Virus record (IMG/VR): IMGVR_UViG_3300003873_000003
Location: 54,361 to 118,360 of that record
Strand: one strand, 5' to 3'
DNA: 64,000 nucleotides
Source of the DNA: a virus
In this document: positions 27,052 to 37,376 of the stretch, one piece after another
Layout: each line of letters opens with the position of its first letter
How positions within the stretch are numbered: the stretch's first letter is position 1
Notes under the pieces: model-generated
What the model was told of the DNA's origin: nothing
Seen by the model: the letters and a program-made list of their open reading frames with translations, nothing else
Database searches by the model: none
Made by a program: the position numbers and the translations under genes

Positions 27052-28094
27052 CGGCGAAGCTTAGATTTGTTTTCTGTAGTGACTTCCATTTAGGGGCACT
27101 AAAGCAACACTTCGGCAAGCAGGCAACTTCCTACATACTCGATTGCTGTAAAAAGGCTTTCGAGTATGCTGTGGAAGAGGGTATGGATGTTGTTGTCATT
27201 GGGGGTGACATCGCAGACAAGCTTCCTCTTGCACAGGAAGACTTGCTTGCTCTGATACGTCTTTTCCATTCTTTCCCTACGCTGCACTTTCATATTGATA
27301 TGGGGAACCATGACTTCGATAGTGAGGATAACAATTCACTTACACTGCTAGAGTGGTTGGGTGAGGTGCAGCTAGTCCCCAACTGCACTGTGTACACAAG
27401 CCTCACCCTGACAGACATTGAGGGTATTCCTTTCTGTTTCGTTCCTCACCCGTTCACAGCGGCTATTGAGACAGATACACCCAAGATAAACGTAGGACAC
27501 TTTGAAGTTCGGGGTGCAACTCGTGACAACGGCTCTGTGAATAATAAGGGTGTTGAACTAGCTGACCTTTCTGATGATTACTGGTTGGTGGGTCACCTTC
27601 ATACACATCAATACCACTACAAGAAGCGTATTGCGTATTGTGGGAGTCTATTTCAGAAGACCTTTGGGGAGAAACTTCCCAAGGGGTTTTTGGCATGTGA
27701 GGCGCACTTCAATGGGACTAAGCTTCGTATGCGTTCAATGTTTATTGAGTCAAAGCCTGCCATGTTTCTTCGCACTAAGTACGCTAAGTCGGAGGATGGG
27801 CTGCGTGTACGGAACGCTGCGAACGTCAGATACAGACTTTTCGTTGACGCTTCGGTAGAGGTTCCCGAATCCTACCTAGCGGATAATCCGTCTGTTACCT
27901 CGTTGGTGGTTGGTGAGAAGGAAGACTTGAAAGCAATCAAGGATTTCTCTGTTACTGTAGATACTGAAATACTAGGGGACGATTTAGCTACTATTGGTCT
28001 TGAAGATTACCTTGAAGCGCAAGGTCTCGATGAAACCCATGTGGCTAGGTCTCTCGCTATTGTGGAGGATTATTTATGCCCACAGACATCGTAG
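27048..28094 (+). CDS. sbcD: SbcD/Mre11-like metallophosphoesterase nuclease (gp47-like)
   Basis: SDFHLG, GGDIAD, GNHD, GHF, GHLH, YCGS. Confidence 0.92.
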   Translation: MTAKLRFVFCSDFHLGALKQHFGKQATSYILDCCKKAFEYAVEEGMDVVVIGGDIADKLPLAQEDLLALIRLFHSFPTLHFHIDMGNHDFDSEDNNSLTLLEWLGEVQLVPNCTVYTSLTLTDIEGIPFCFVPHPFTAAIETDTPKINVGHFEVRGATRDNGSVNNKGVELADLSDDYWLVGHLHTHQYHYKKRIAYCGSLFQKTFGEKLPKGFLACEAHFNGTKLRMRSMFIESKPAMFLRTKYAKSEDGLRVRNAANVRYRLFVDASVEVPESYLADNPSVTSLVVGEKEDLKAIKDFSVTVDTEILGDDLATIGLEDYLEAQGLDETHVARSLAIVEDYLCPQTS

Positions 28095-28969
28095 TTGGTG
28101 AGTTGCAGAATTATGTGCGAACAACCCACACTACCTATCGGCGTGGTTCGGGCTACTGGTTTGTAGCCTGTCCATTCCACAAGGAAAAAACACCGAGTTG
28201 CAAGGTGAATACAAAAGCCTCGACCAAGTACCATGTTGGTGACTTCAAGTGCTTCGGTTGTGGCATCCGTGGTGACTGGGGAGCATTTAGTGCAGAGGCT
28301 AACCTAAAGGGTATTTCCTTTGTTGAGAACTTTAGTGAGTACGGTGCTGTTGGGAAGGTTAGCACTCGTGAGGTGACGGAGGAATACGACCCCGTTATGG
28401 CGTTTGACTGGAAGAAGAAGGATGGTGACTGGAGGGGGATTCCTAATGATACCGTACGTGCTGTAGGTGGTAAAAAGGTATTCTCTGACTTCTTCAATGA
28501 TACAGCCTTGTTTCTTCCTTGTAGTGTCAACGGTTCCGTTTTAGGAGGCATAACTTGCCGACTATCGAAGGGGGAGGGGCTATCTTACCTCAACACCAAG
28601 GGTATTTGGTCAAAGCGGTCACTTTACCCTTACGACCACACTGCAAACATGGTTGAAGCTCTATCGTTAGACTATGCTGTGCTTGTTGAGGGACCTAGAG
28701 ACGCATTAAGGCTTATCTCGTATGGTATACCTGCGGTGGCAGTGCTTGGGGTTGAGTCGTGGAGTTCCTTTAAGGCTGACTTGTTGTACGCTATGGGTAT
28801 CTCTACCTTGGTAGTATTTTCTGATGGGGATAAAGCAGGCAACACGCTGTATAAGAAGGTTACAGCTTCTGTACTACTCCCTACCATAAAGGTGAAGGTT
28901 CAGTATGGCGAAGACCCTGGTAACTGTAAGGAGAGTAAGATAAAGGCTATCAAGCGCAAGTTCGGTTGA
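28076..28969 (+). CDS. DNA primase (CHC2 zinc finger + TOPRIM)
   Basis: CPFHKEKTPS...CFGCG, LVEGPRDA, FSDGDKAG, EDPG. Confidence 0.92.
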   Translation: MPTDIVVGELQNYVRTTHTTYRRGSGYWFVACPFHKEKTPSCKVNTKASTKYHVGDFKCFGCGIRGDWGAFSAEANLKGISFVENFSEYGAVGKVSTREVTEEYDPVMAFDWKKKDGDWRGIPNDTVRAVGGKKVFSDFFNDTALFLPCSVNGSVLGGITCRLSKGEGLSYLNTKGIWSKRSLYPYDHTANMVEALSLDYAVLVEGPRDALRLISYGIPAVAVLGVESWSSFKADLLYAMGISTLVVFSDGDKAGNTLYKKVTASVLLPTIKVKVQYGEDPGNCKESKIKAIKRKFG

Positions 28970-28993
28970 TGTTACCCTATATTTTAGACAAAT

Positions 28994-29031
28994 AAAAAGG
29001 CACGGTGTATTTGATTACACCGTGCCTTTTT
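28994..29031. terminator. bidirectional terminator
   Basis: AAAAAGGCACGGTGTA/TACACCGTGCCTTTTT between convergent genes. Confidence 0.85.
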
Positions 29032-29051
29032 ACGTTGTGGACTTGGGTTTC

Positions 29052-29621
29052 TTACTTATCCTTTTTCTGGGCTAACGCCTGCATGTGTTCTGTTAGTTTG
29101 GAGCTTGAAGCTTTCTTAGCGACATATTCACAATCTTCTTTGGTCAACTGTGATTCGATGGTGCGAAGTTCATTAAAGCGTTCAACATCCGAGATGCCTT
29201 CACGTCCCATGATTTCGATTACCTGTGGTGCTATAGCCGCTAGAGGGTCTTCTTCTGATTTCGTCTGTTCAGACAGTGTACCAGTTGCAGCCATAGAACG
29301 CATACGTTCACGGACATTGGCATCTTCCGCCTTCCCTTCTTCCGATTCGAGAGTTTTAATAGCGGCTTCGGGCTTGATTAAAACAAGAGTACCGTTGAAC
29401 ACTGCTTGACGGAAGCTGTGCGATTTCAGTAACGCTCCTTTATCCACCTGTTCACTCAACTCGATTGGAATCCAAGTTTTTGGAATACGAATCGGGACCT
29501 GTGTGTTCTCACCCGATAAGACTGTCATACATACTGTACCGATTGGGTTAGTCCCGTTCACCACGAATACTCGGCGGCTGTTAGAAACTTCCATTTCGCT
29601 GAACTTCATTACACCTTCCAT
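29052..29621 (-). CDS. hypothetical protein
   Basis: 189 aa, GGAG RBS. Confidence 0.75.
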   Translation of the reverse strand: MEGVMKFSEMEVSNSRRVFVVNGTNPIGTVCMTVLSGENTQVPIRIPKTWIPIELSEQVDKGALLKSHSFRQAVFNGTLVLIKPEAAIKTLESEEGKAEDANVRERMRSMAATGTLSEQTKSEEDPLAAIAPQVIEIMGREGISDVERFNELRTIESQLTKEDCEYVAKKASSSKLTEHMQALAQKKDK

Positions 29622-29724
29622 CTTTATTCTCCATTTAACCTTTTATATGTTACTTCTGCATACGTTGCTCATAGCAATTAACTAAAACGAACTACAAAAA
29701 AAAATCTCTACTCGTTAGACTTTT

Positions 29725-30327
29725 TCATTTTACTTCACCCCCCATCATGCTCTTTATGTTCTCGTATAGCATACTGCTTATACCTAGAACCTCGTAGGGA
29801 GTCCTTTCCGAGCCTACTTTGCGCAGCACGCTTTCATCTAGGAACAGCCTAGCCGCTAGTACCGCAGGGTCGTTCTCCGTATGTGAGCCACACAGCTTCA
29901 TATTCCCTCTTGTTATGATTAGCTGTAGTTGCTTCCTTATGTTCTCGCACTTGGTATCTGATTCGCATACAGTATGCTTTCTTCCGCAAGTTTCACACAG
30001 ACCCCTGATGTCTATATATGAGTCGAGTTTCATAATATCAATGACGGCAGTCAACTTATGGATGTTGGCGTTCGTATCGAGGGTGTGTGGCTCTACACCC
30101 CTAGCCTCTGCTATCTGTGCGATAGAGAAGTCTTCTGTTTCCGCCATGCTATCAAGTATACACGCAGGTGACGCTTTACCGCTGAACGCTACGTTAGCTG
30201 GGCACTCGGTTGTTTGGCATACGCCTATATACCTAACTTGTGAGTACAAACATGATTTCGTTACAGTCGTTGGTTCCGTGTTTTCCTCTTCTTTGAGCTG
30301 CTTGCTTTCTCCACGTCTCTTAGACAT
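29725..30327 (-). CDS. hypothetical Cys-rich protein
   Basis: 200 aa, GGAGG RBS, two Cys clusters. Confidence 0.7.
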   Translation of the reverse strand: MSKRRGESKQLKEEENTEPTTVTKSCLYSQVRYIGVCQTTECPANVAFSGKASPACILDSMAETEDFSIAQIAEARGVEPHTLDTNANIHKLTAVIDIMKLDSYIDIRGLCETCGRKHTVCESDTKCENIRKQLQLIITRGNMKLCGSHTENDPAVLAARLFLDESVLRKVGSERTPYEVLGISSMLYENIKSMMGGEVK

Positions 30328-30809
30328 CTATTAAAGTCCTCCCTCGTCTCTAGTATCTTAATGTTCAATTCTCTTTGTAAGCCATATATGCCGATTAGCG
30401 TAGCATCTAGCTCATGCGGGGTTACAGCGCACCTAGGGTACGCCAGTTTCAATGAGCCATCGAACGTTCTCATTTGCTTGTTTGTGCTGTTCTTCCACAC
30501 AGCCGCACTGAACAGCTTGGGGTTCATTGTGTACATAGAGCCAAGCATCAGGTTCACTTTCTCTAGGGCTGCCACCTTGCCTCCTCTGCTAACGTATCTC
30601 TCAACGAATATATGCTTCGCTTCGTAGGTGATACTCGACATCTCACTAACGAACCCCGATAGCTTCATGTTCAAGTTCTTGTCGATTTTGTCCACAGGGT
30701 TAGACAATAAACCGCACTTCATAACTGTTAGCTCTCGTAGTGGTTGAACGTACCGCATGATTGAATACGCAAAGTTTACTGTCCCCGGGTCTAAACCTAC
30801 AAAAATCAT
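30261..30809 (-). CDS. ruvC: RuvC-like Holliday junction resolvase
   Basis: FVGLDPGTVNFAYS, IFVER, WK, HELDATLIG. Confidence 0.85.
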   Translation of the reverse strand: MIFVGLDPGTVNFAYSIMRYVQPLRELTVMKCGLLSNPVDKIDKNLNMKLSGFVSEMSSITYEAKHIFVERYVSRGGKVAALEKVNLMLGSMYTMNPKLFSAAVWKNSTNKQMRTFDGSLKLAYPRCAVTPHELDATLIGIYGLQRELNIKILETREDFNRCLRDVEKASSSKKRKTRNQRL

Positions 30810-30869
30810 ATCGTCCTCCTTTGTGCTGTGGCTGATACCTTAATTAACTTTAAGGAGGTAGCCTTCGTC

Positions 30870-31919
30870 ATGCTTATACCCAATAACAGTAAGAGTCCAG
30901 CGAAGCAACGTCTTGGTACTTTTGTTGATGCCGCTAACCAACAATATCTCAACGCTATTGACGTTGAAGCCGTCCCAATAGCCATCTATAATAAGACACG
31001 CAGTAAGGGTTCAGAGTGTTCTTGTTACAAAGACCACTCACTAGGCAAGCTGAAAGAGCAGCCTCCACAAACAGATGCGAATAAGACCCGAAGTTCACGT
31101 ACTGTAACCTTGCGTAAGTTCTCGCACAACGGTCAGCCTGTAGCCGTTGACCAACCACTCCCTAGCAATGTTGACCCTTTGGCAGCACTCGATATACCTC
31201 CAGCCCCAGTTCCTGATGAACTTGCAGCAGGTCTTGTTGCTTTTAACAATGATGGTATCTACGGGGGTTCTACCACAAAGTGCTGCATTTGCTTTGGTAC
31301 TGGTCATGTCGGCGGATACACGTATAAGAGCGGGCTTCGTCTTGTCATGGATGTTCAATCGGCTACCTTAACGGGTAATGGTTTGGATGATACTGTGCGA
31401 CCGTTCTGCACTTATGACAATACGACAGCCACTTGGTCATTTAGACGTCCCCAGTACTACTCCTCCGTTGACATACGTGTGTACAACAACGATAAGTTGT
31501 TGCCTGTTAAGCCTGTGTTCACAGAGAACGGTGTTGTGGTTGACTTGTTGAACCCCTTACATCCGCCTTCTGTAGCCTCTACTGTGTGTACAGTAACCTC
31601 GCAAACACCTTTTACACATTGTGTTCTACGGTTTGATTTCGCCCCAAGAGATATGGCGAGTATGGGTGCAGTTAATTACAACAAGGATGTACTCAATGAG
31701 AACGTGGGTGGTGAGGTGGAGATAGTGCTTCCCCCTTCAATCTACGTTTACCCCGAAGATGTTATTGTTGATAACTTGAATCGTGGTTGGGAAGTGCAAG
31801 GTACAGATGAGCTACTTACTGCGCTGAACGTTTGTATAAACAGGGTAGCCACATGTCGAATTTTGCAACCGTGGGCTACTCAAGTCGTCTTAAAGGATAT
31901 GCCACTAAGTTGGCAGTAG
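30870..31919 (+). CDS. virion neck/head-closure protein (putative)
   Basis: Start ATG 30870 after AAGGAGG; CSC and CCICFGTG motifs; first gene of the structural region. Confidence 0.5.
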   Translation: MLIPNNSKSPAKQRLGTFVDAANQQYLNAIDVEAVPIAIYNKTRSKGSECSCYKDHSLGKLKEQPPQTDANKTRSSRTVTLRKFSHNGQPVAVDQPLPSNVDPLAALDIPPAPVPDELAAGLVAFNNDGIYGGSTTKCCICFGTGHVGGYTYKSGLRLVMDVQSATLTGNGLDDTVRPFCTYDNTTATWSFRRPQYYSSVDIRVYNNDKLLPVKPVFTENGVVVDLLNPLHPPSVASTVCTVTSQTPFTHCVLRFDFAPRDMASMGAVNYNKDVLNENVGGEVEIVLPPSIYVYPEDVIVDNLNRGWEVQGTDELLTALNVCINRVATCRILQPWATQVVLKDMPLSWQ

Positions 31920-31928
31920 GAGATTAAA

Positions 31929-32543
31929 ATGGCGTTTCTTTATCGAGACCTTTCCCTCTTTGAGTTTGATGAAGATGGGATGAAAGAGCTTATGACAAGA
32001 GCCTCCGAGCTGCTTGAAGCTGTTGGCACGGGGCTTGTGCTTGCAGGAGTTACTAGCGGGGACTACCAAGAGACTTGTACAGCGACACTTACTGACGGTT
32101 CTGCTGAACCTCACCACTTGGTATTCGAGCGTGACCTTAGCGGCTTGAAGTTTGATACTGTAGGCAAGCTCCGAGCTGTCCGTGAGGAGTTTTTGAACTA
32201 CTACAACGATGTGAATAACACAAAGAACTTGGATATGGTGTTGGCTTATATAAAAGAGCTGGAGGCAGCTATTGTGCGTCTGACTAAGTACATTCGCAAC
32301 CTGCACCAAGGCGCACCTATCCATGATTCGTTTGCCCTCAGCTTAGTCCCTGAGGGTGGTTTCGTCCACCGCAAGATTGTCTGCAAGATTACTTTTGTTG
32401 ATGTTCTTGTGTTCGAGTACACCTACTATCTTGATGACATTGTTATCGTTATGCGTATGTGGGGTGACTTAATCTCAATCAACGGCATCGTGTGTACGAA
32501 ACTCGGAGCTATAGCGACTATGAGGTCTATATGCAAAGCGTAA
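31929..32543 (+). CDS. hypothetical protein
   Basis: 204 aa, AGGAG RBS. Confidence 0.7.
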   Translation: MAFLYRDLSLFEFDEDGMKELMTRASELLEAVGTGLVLAGVTSGDYQETCTATLTDGSAEPHHLVFERDLSGLKFDTVGKLRAVREEFLNYYNDVNNTKNLDMVLAYIKELEAAIVRLTKYIRNLHQGAPIHDSFALSLVPEGGFVHRKIVCKITFVDVLVFEYTYYLDDIVIVMRMWGDLISINGIVCTKLGAIATMRSICKA

Positions 32544-33628
32544 TACGTGGTACAAACACCCTTTTCTTCACACAGTTTTATGACAGTAACGGGGCTCCAC
32601 TAACCCCTGTAGCTGCACCTACGTTTACTATGTTTGATGCTACTGGCGCACCTGTAGCACAAGGCGTTGGGCAGCAAGATACCACTAACCCTGCTAGGTT
32701 TACAGCGGCGTTGACTGTACCTATCCAAGCACCACTCACGGTCGTTGGCTCTCCTTACAACATGATATGGTCTTTGCAGTCAACTACGGCTGCTGGGGTC
32801 GTTACGAACTACACCAACAAGGAAAGTTTCTACGTTGTTGACCCTGTAGCTCCTGTTGCTAACCCTGTGGTTGTTGGCAACGCTGCTGCTACTGTATCTG
32901 TTACGCTACCTGCCTTACCTAAAGGTAGTCCTGTGTACTCAGTCTATGCTGGGGATGTACTGGTTACAACTGGTACTGTGACGCTATCGGCAGGTGTATC
33001 AACACCCACTGGTGTGCAGTACACGGCTACCATAGCCGCAGGCGTGCTTGCTCCATCCGCACAGCCGTATACTGTGCTATGGAGTATCCCCGGGGACGTT
33101 AATACCTATACCAATATGGTTAGCGTTCTATCTGTGTCGCAGTTTGCGCTGCTTAATCAGTTGCGAGATTTCATTGATAAAGCTCGCTTACAGGATGGGC
33201 TTACAACACTGGATTACACGGATGACAACTTACACAACTACTTGAACCAAGGTCTCCAACTTCTTAATAGTTGGAATCCTCAAGTTACTGCATGGACTTA
33301 CGGTACGTTACCAACAACAATGACAATGCCTTTGCTGTTTGCTGCCGCTTACTGTGGCTTGTCTGCGCAATACCTAGCAGAAGGCGTATCAGCGTTTGAC
33401 TTTAGCGGTCAGCAAGTAACGCTTACTGTTAGCCGCATGGACTCTATTGATGGTGCTTTGAGCCGAATCTCTGAATGGTTGGATACTAATTTAGAGAAGC
33501 AAAAGCGTCTTGTTGTTCGTGGCGGTCCCGTACACTTAGGTATTCAGTTGAACCAGCACACGAACGCTATATCTCGGTCTGTACCTGTTTTCCGTGGGGG
33601 TGTAACCCCTATAAGCCGCCGTTGGTAA
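32531..33628 (+). CDS. head-tail adaptor/neck protein with Ig-like N-terminal domains (putative)
   Basis: Thr/Val/Pro-rich beta domains then LRDFID...YTDDNL..YL helical adaptor-like domain. Confidence 0.55.
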   Translation: MQSVIRGTNTLFFTQFYDSNGAPLTPVAAPTFTMFDATGAPVAQGVGQQDTTNPARFTAALTVPIQAPLTVVGSPYNMIWSLQSTTAAGVVTNYTNKESFYVVDPVAPVANPVVVGNAAATVSVTLPALPKGSPVYSVYAGDVLVTTGTVTLSAGVSTPTGVQYTATIAAGVLAPSAQPYTVLWSIPGDVNTYTNMVSVLSVSQFALLNQLRDFIDKARLQDGLTTLDYTDDNLHNYLNQGLQLLNSWNPQVTAWTYGTLPTTMTMPLLFAAAYCGLSAQYLAEGVSAFDFSGQQVTLTVSRMDSIDGALSRISEWLDTNLEKQKRLVVRGGPVHLGIQLNQHTNAISRSVPVFRGGVTPISRRW

Positions 33629-33631
33629 GTC

Positions 33632-33928
33632 ATGCGTAATCGAACTCGTAAGCCTGCAAAAGCTATCCGAGCCAAACGCACTTCAACGAACGTGAAGGCG
33701 GGAGCATTCGCTAACGAGAAAAAGCGTTCTAGGTATGGTGAAGATTGGTCTTCTAAGTGTAAAGCCAAGAAAGGCAAGTGTTCTGCTTGTGGTGCTGTAG
33801 GCAGGACGGAGAATCACCACATAGTACCTTTGTCTAGGGGTGGCTCTAACGCACCTATAAATCTGAAAGAACTGTGCCACAACTGCCATAGTAAGCAGCC
33901 TGGGCATCGCCACATAAAGAGGTGGTAA
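33632..33928 (+). CDS. small HNH endonuclease
   Basis: CSACG...HHIVPLSRGGSN...NL..LCHNCH. Confidence 0.92.
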   Translation: MRNRTRKPAKAIRAKRTSTNVKAGAFANEKKRSRYGEDWSSKCKAKKGKCSACGAVGRTENHHIVPLSRGGSNAPINLKELCHNCHSKQPGHRHIKRW

Positions 33929-33946
33929 AATAAAGGAGATGAAAAT

Positions 33947-34642
33947 ATGAAAGATAATGTTTACGAGGGTATTGCCTCCAAGTCTATCTTAAAGGTGGTC
34001 TCTAGCAAGATGTTGTCACCTACTTTAGCTCAAGTCACGTTTAACGTGTTCAGTGCTACTGATAAACAATCCATTCGTGCAGCCGTGGCGACTCACTTGA
34101 AGAACTTAGCCAAAGCAGTCGATGGTACTATGCGTGTTTATGACGATAAGGGTACTACTTGCGCCCGTGTTATCGTAGAATCCTCTGCTAAACGTATGTC
34201 GTTGCGTGATGCAGAAGGCATGACCGTTGTTAGTGCTAACGTTATGCGTGATAGTATGGATAACATCTGGAGTGTAGAAGGTAAGGGCGATTCAGCTACC
34301 ATTGTACAACAAGGCACAGAGGATTTAGAATCAATCTTGCGCCAGCGTCAACGTACTACCGCCGCCGTTATCGAACCTACCCCAGCCATAGGTGACTTCG
34401 CCAAAGTGTTTGACATTGAAAGCCGCTGCTTGCGTTATGGTTTCTTAACGTCTGATGGCGTTTTGGACATTAAGACCCACAAAGAAGTAGCGTGTACTGC
34501 TGACCAAGTTATTGCATATCAGACTGATATTGCCAAACTGCCTGTATCCTCCAAAGAACGCTTGAAAGAATACATCCGTGTTTTGTACGGTAAAAACACT
34601 AAGTTCTTTGAGCGTGTTATTGAGCAAATCGACTCACTGTAA
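33947..34642 (+). CDS. putative virion protein
   Basis: 231 aa, AAGGAG RBS, in the structural operon. Confidence 0.6.
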   Translation: MKDNVYEGIASKSILKVVSSKMLSPTLAQVTFNVFSATDKQSIRAAVATHLKNLAKAVDGTMRVYDDKGTTCARVIVESSAKRMSLRDAEGMTVVSANVMRDSMDNIWSVEGKGDSATIVQQGTEDLESILRQRQRTTAAVIEPTPAIGDFAKVFDIESRCLRYGFLTSDGVLDIKTHKEVACTADQVIAYQTDIAKLPVSSKERLKEYIRVLYGKNTKFFERVIEQIDSL

Positions 34643-34643
34643 T

Positions 34644-34686
34644 GCAGGGGTGTTGTGCTGCACACCCTGTTAGCACAACACCTTGC
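34644..34686 (+). terminator. long intergenic hairpin
   Basis: GCAGGGGTGTTGTGCTG/TAGCACAACACCTTGC; no T-run. Confidence 0.55.
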
Positions 34687-34724
34687 GTTGTTTAGCAGTG
34701 AGTAAGAAACCAAAGGAGGGTTGT

Positions 34725-35123
34725 ATGGACACTGCACACCCCAGAAATACTATCGGTGGCGTGCCTGTTGTTGAGACTACAGAGAGCGACTGTAACCAGT
34801 GTGCAGCACAGTGTTGTAAGTATGTCAGTTTCGAGGTTGATATGCTCGATAGGGACTACATACGCTACCTGTACTACCAAGGTGCAACCGTTATAGCTAC
34901 GACTGATAAAGATGCTTCCGTTATACTGCCTACGAAATGCGCTATGTTGGATGAGGCTACGAACCGTTGTATCGACTACGAGAACCGACCTAGTATTTGC
35001 AGGTCGCACACTTCACGCTCATGCGTGGATAATCCCCGTGAGACTGTTGACTATCGTTTAACAAGTTATGCGGAATATCTGAAATTTGTCGATTTATGCG
35101 AAGAACTTGCCCTTTTTTCTTAA
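34725..35123 (+). CDS. YkgJ/CxxCxxCC-family cysteine-cluster protein
   Basis: CNQCAAQCC...CAML...RCIDYENRPSICR; start after AAGGAGG. Confidence 0.85.
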   Translation: MDTAHPRNTIGGVPVVETTESDCNQCAAQCCKYVSFEVDMLDRDYIRYLYYQGATVIATTDKDASVILPTKCAMLDEATNRCIDYENRPSICRSHTSRSCVDNPRETVDYRLTSYAEYLKFVDLCEELALFS

Positions 35124-35141
35124 AAAACTTGCATCATAGTG

Positions 35142-35180
35142 TTGACTTAACGAAAAAAGAGCGTAGCTTTTGTGTTAATT
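35142..35180 (+). promoter_or_regulatory. putative promoter(s) for histone-like gene
   Basis: TTGACT-16 nt-TAGCTT, followed by a TTAATT motif at 35175. Confidence 0.45.
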
Positions 35181-35251
35181 GATAGACGTGGCAAAAGCCA
35201 CAAAATCAAGAAAAAACATGTCCCAGTGACATATAAAAGAGGAACTACCCA

Positions 35252-36082
35252 ATGACTAAAACAGAATTGTACGAAAAGGGCTTTATGTATCAAGAGGGCG
35301 ACCGTGTGTTGGTAAACTGCAAAACTGCCGCTGCGCCTCGCTACTTCCTAGGTGTTGTCAGCAATCAGTATGGCAAGAAAGTTATGGTTAACTTTGATGA
35401 CGGTGACCGCCGTGGTTTCTTGTTCGACCCTAAAGGTAAAGCGGGCATTATCGGTATCGCAAAAGGTACTAAAGCTAACCCTGATGAAGTTCCTGCTGAA
35501 AACGTAGCTAAGAGCCTTCGCAAGCTATCCGCTACTTTCTGGGCTCGCCGTGAAAAAGCCTGTGCCGCTGCCGAAGCTGCTGCAAAGGAAGAAGCACCTG
35601 CCAAGAAGAAAGCACCTGCCAAGAAAACTGCGGCTAAGAAAGCACCTGCCAAGAAAGCTCCAGCTAAATCTGCTACCAAGAAAACTGCTGCTAAGAAAGC
35701 ACCTGCCAAGAAAGCTCCAGCTAAATCTGCTGCTAAGAAAGCACCTGCAAAAAAGGCTGCCGCTAAGAAAACTACTGCAAAGAAAGCCCCAGCTAAGAAA
35801 GAAACTGCTGCTGCTTCCTCTGATGTGTTCGGTCGTTTGAATAAGTTGTTATCTTCTAAGGCTGTGTTGGAACCTTCTGTTACAGATGAGCAAGCTGAAT
35901 CTTTTGCTTCACTGCGGGCGCGTGTGGAAAAGTACCAAAGCGGAAAAGTTACATCAGCCGCAACGAACCGCATGGTGCGTGCATTAGGTACATTCATTAA
36001 GTCATTCGAGGTGGACTCAACAAAGACAAAACGTATGTTAGCCGTTGTTTCCAGTACAAAAGAAGCTTTGGAAGCAAGCTGA
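35252..36082 (+). CDS. histone H1-like protein with N-terminal Tudor/SH3-like domain
   Basis: YQEGDRVLVN...YFLGVV...VNFDDGD then about 75 aa of KKAPAKK/KKTAAKK repeats. Confidence 0.8.
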   Translation: MTKTELYEKGFMYQEGDRVLVNCKTAAAPRYFLGVVSNQYGKKVMVNFDDGDRRGFLFDPKGKAGIIGIAKGTKANPDEVPAENVAKSLRKLSATFWARREKACAAAEAAAKEEAPAKKKAPAKKTAAKKAPAKKAPAKSATKKTAAKKAPAKKAPAKSAAKKAPAKKAAAKKTTAKKAPAKKETAAASSDVFGRLNKLLSSKAVLEPSVTDEQAESFASLRARVEKYQSGKVTSAATNRMVRALGTFIKSFEVDSTKTKRMLAVVSSTKEALEAS

Positions 36083-36118
36083 TACGAATAACGCCAGTAT
36101 GATAATGGCGGATGTTGG

Positions 36119-36146
36119 AATAGGGACTCCTAACCGAGTCCCTATT
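36119..36146 (+). terminator. intergenic hairpin
   Basis: AATAGGGACTC/GAGTCCCTATT perfect stem. Confidence 0.55.
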
Positions 36147-36163
36147 ACTATGGAGGGTACTGT

Positions 36164-37375
36164 ATGAGAACATTGTATGCTGCTGCACCCGCCCCTAAGA
36201 TTGCTTATCAGGTGGGCGACCGTGTTGTAGTGAATAAAGGTACTGGTGATAAACCTGCATTTTATACTGGCGTTCTGACACGAAAGCTGGGAACTAAATT
36301 TGATGTAGAGATGGATATGGATGGCGAAGTGCTGCGTCTGCCAAACAACGGCTCTAAAGTCGGCTTGGTTGGCATATCCTACTCTGATACTGGGTTCAAT
36401 AGGCAGCTCACTAAACGAGATGCAAATGTTGTTCGTGACCCTAAGTACGGTAAGCGTGCTTCTGAACGAACACATAAAATTTCCGTGAAACAGAAACCCC
36501 CTGTAAAAAGTAAAGGTGCTAAGTCTAGAGGTAAAGCACTTAGAAAACCACAAGTGCCTACTATGGGAACAAAAGAAGGTCTTGCCTTTGTACAAGGTCT
36601 TGCTCGTAGCATCGTCTATGACGGTGTTGCTAAGGACGATGTTTTACGCAGCAATGAGGATGTGTTTTCCGCTAACCCCGAGTTCTACAGGACTTTGGAC
36701 AGTTGGGTAAACGTGTTAAGCCGTGAGAAAGAAGCACAAGCGAACAACCATTTTGGTCGTGGTGGTGACCATAAAACTCGTAAAGAGCGTGGTGAAGTGC
36801 CTGATACCAACAAATCACCTTCTTCTCGTAAGAAGCGTGCGGATAGTTCGGAGAAGCTATCTGCTAAGGATTTTGCCAAGGCTACACGAGCTTTGGGTAA
36901 GAAGGGACTTGCTGTGGCAGAGGTGAAAACTTCATCGACTGTGCGTGATATTATGGAAGCTATTGAGCTGGAGTATCCTAAGACATTCAAAGCCAACCCT
37001 AAACTAAGGGATAGTGTGCGTCTGCACATAAAGAAAGGCTTGGACTCTGTTAAGGATAGCCGTAGTGATAAAGATAGCTTCATTGATAGACTATCAACTG
37101 ATATAGCGTTCAACGGTAAATCTTTGGATTCTATGCTAGAGTTGTATGCACCGAGGTTCGATGCTGACCCTGATTTGATACATCAGCTTGAAGTGGCTAT
37201 TCGTGATAAGCAATCTTCTGGGGAACTATCTGAGGGTTTGACACCTGACGACATCTTCTCGGAAGACACTAGCGAGTTTGATGCACCTCCAGAAGATGTA
37301 TTCGACTACTTGGATGAGTTCAGCTCTCCTACTTCTTTCGACTTGGGGGATAACTTCGATGACTTCTACAGGTAG
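36164..37375 (+). CDS. Tudor/SH3-like domain protein, putative internal head protein
   Basis: YQVGDRVVVN...FYTGVL...GLVGIS; basic middle, acidic C-terminus. Confidence 0.65.
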   Translation: MRTLYAAAPAPKIAYQVGDRVVVNKGTGDKPAFYTGVLTRKLGTKFDVEMDMDGEVLRLPNNGSKVGLVGISYSDTGFNRQLTKRDANVVRDPKYGKRASERTHKISVKQKPPVKSKGAKSRGKALRKPQVPTMGTKEGLAFVQGLARSIVYDGVAKDDVLRSNEDVFSANPEFYRTLDSWVNVLSREKEAQANNHFGRGGDHKTRKERGEVPDTNKSPSSRKKRADSSEKLSAKDFAKATRALGKKGLAVAEVKTSSTVRDIMEAIELEYPKTFKANPKLRDSVRLHIKKGLDSVKDSRSDKDSFIDRLSTDIAFNGKSLDSMLELYAPRFDADPDLIHQLEVAIRDKQSSGELSEGLTPDDIFSEDTSEFDAPPEDVFDYLDEFSSPTSFDLGDNFDDFYR

Positions 37376-37376
37376 A

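Noticed and set aside
35365-35997. 210-aa antisense ORF with AGAF repeats
   Set aside because: Mirror of the KKAPA repeats of the histone-like gene.
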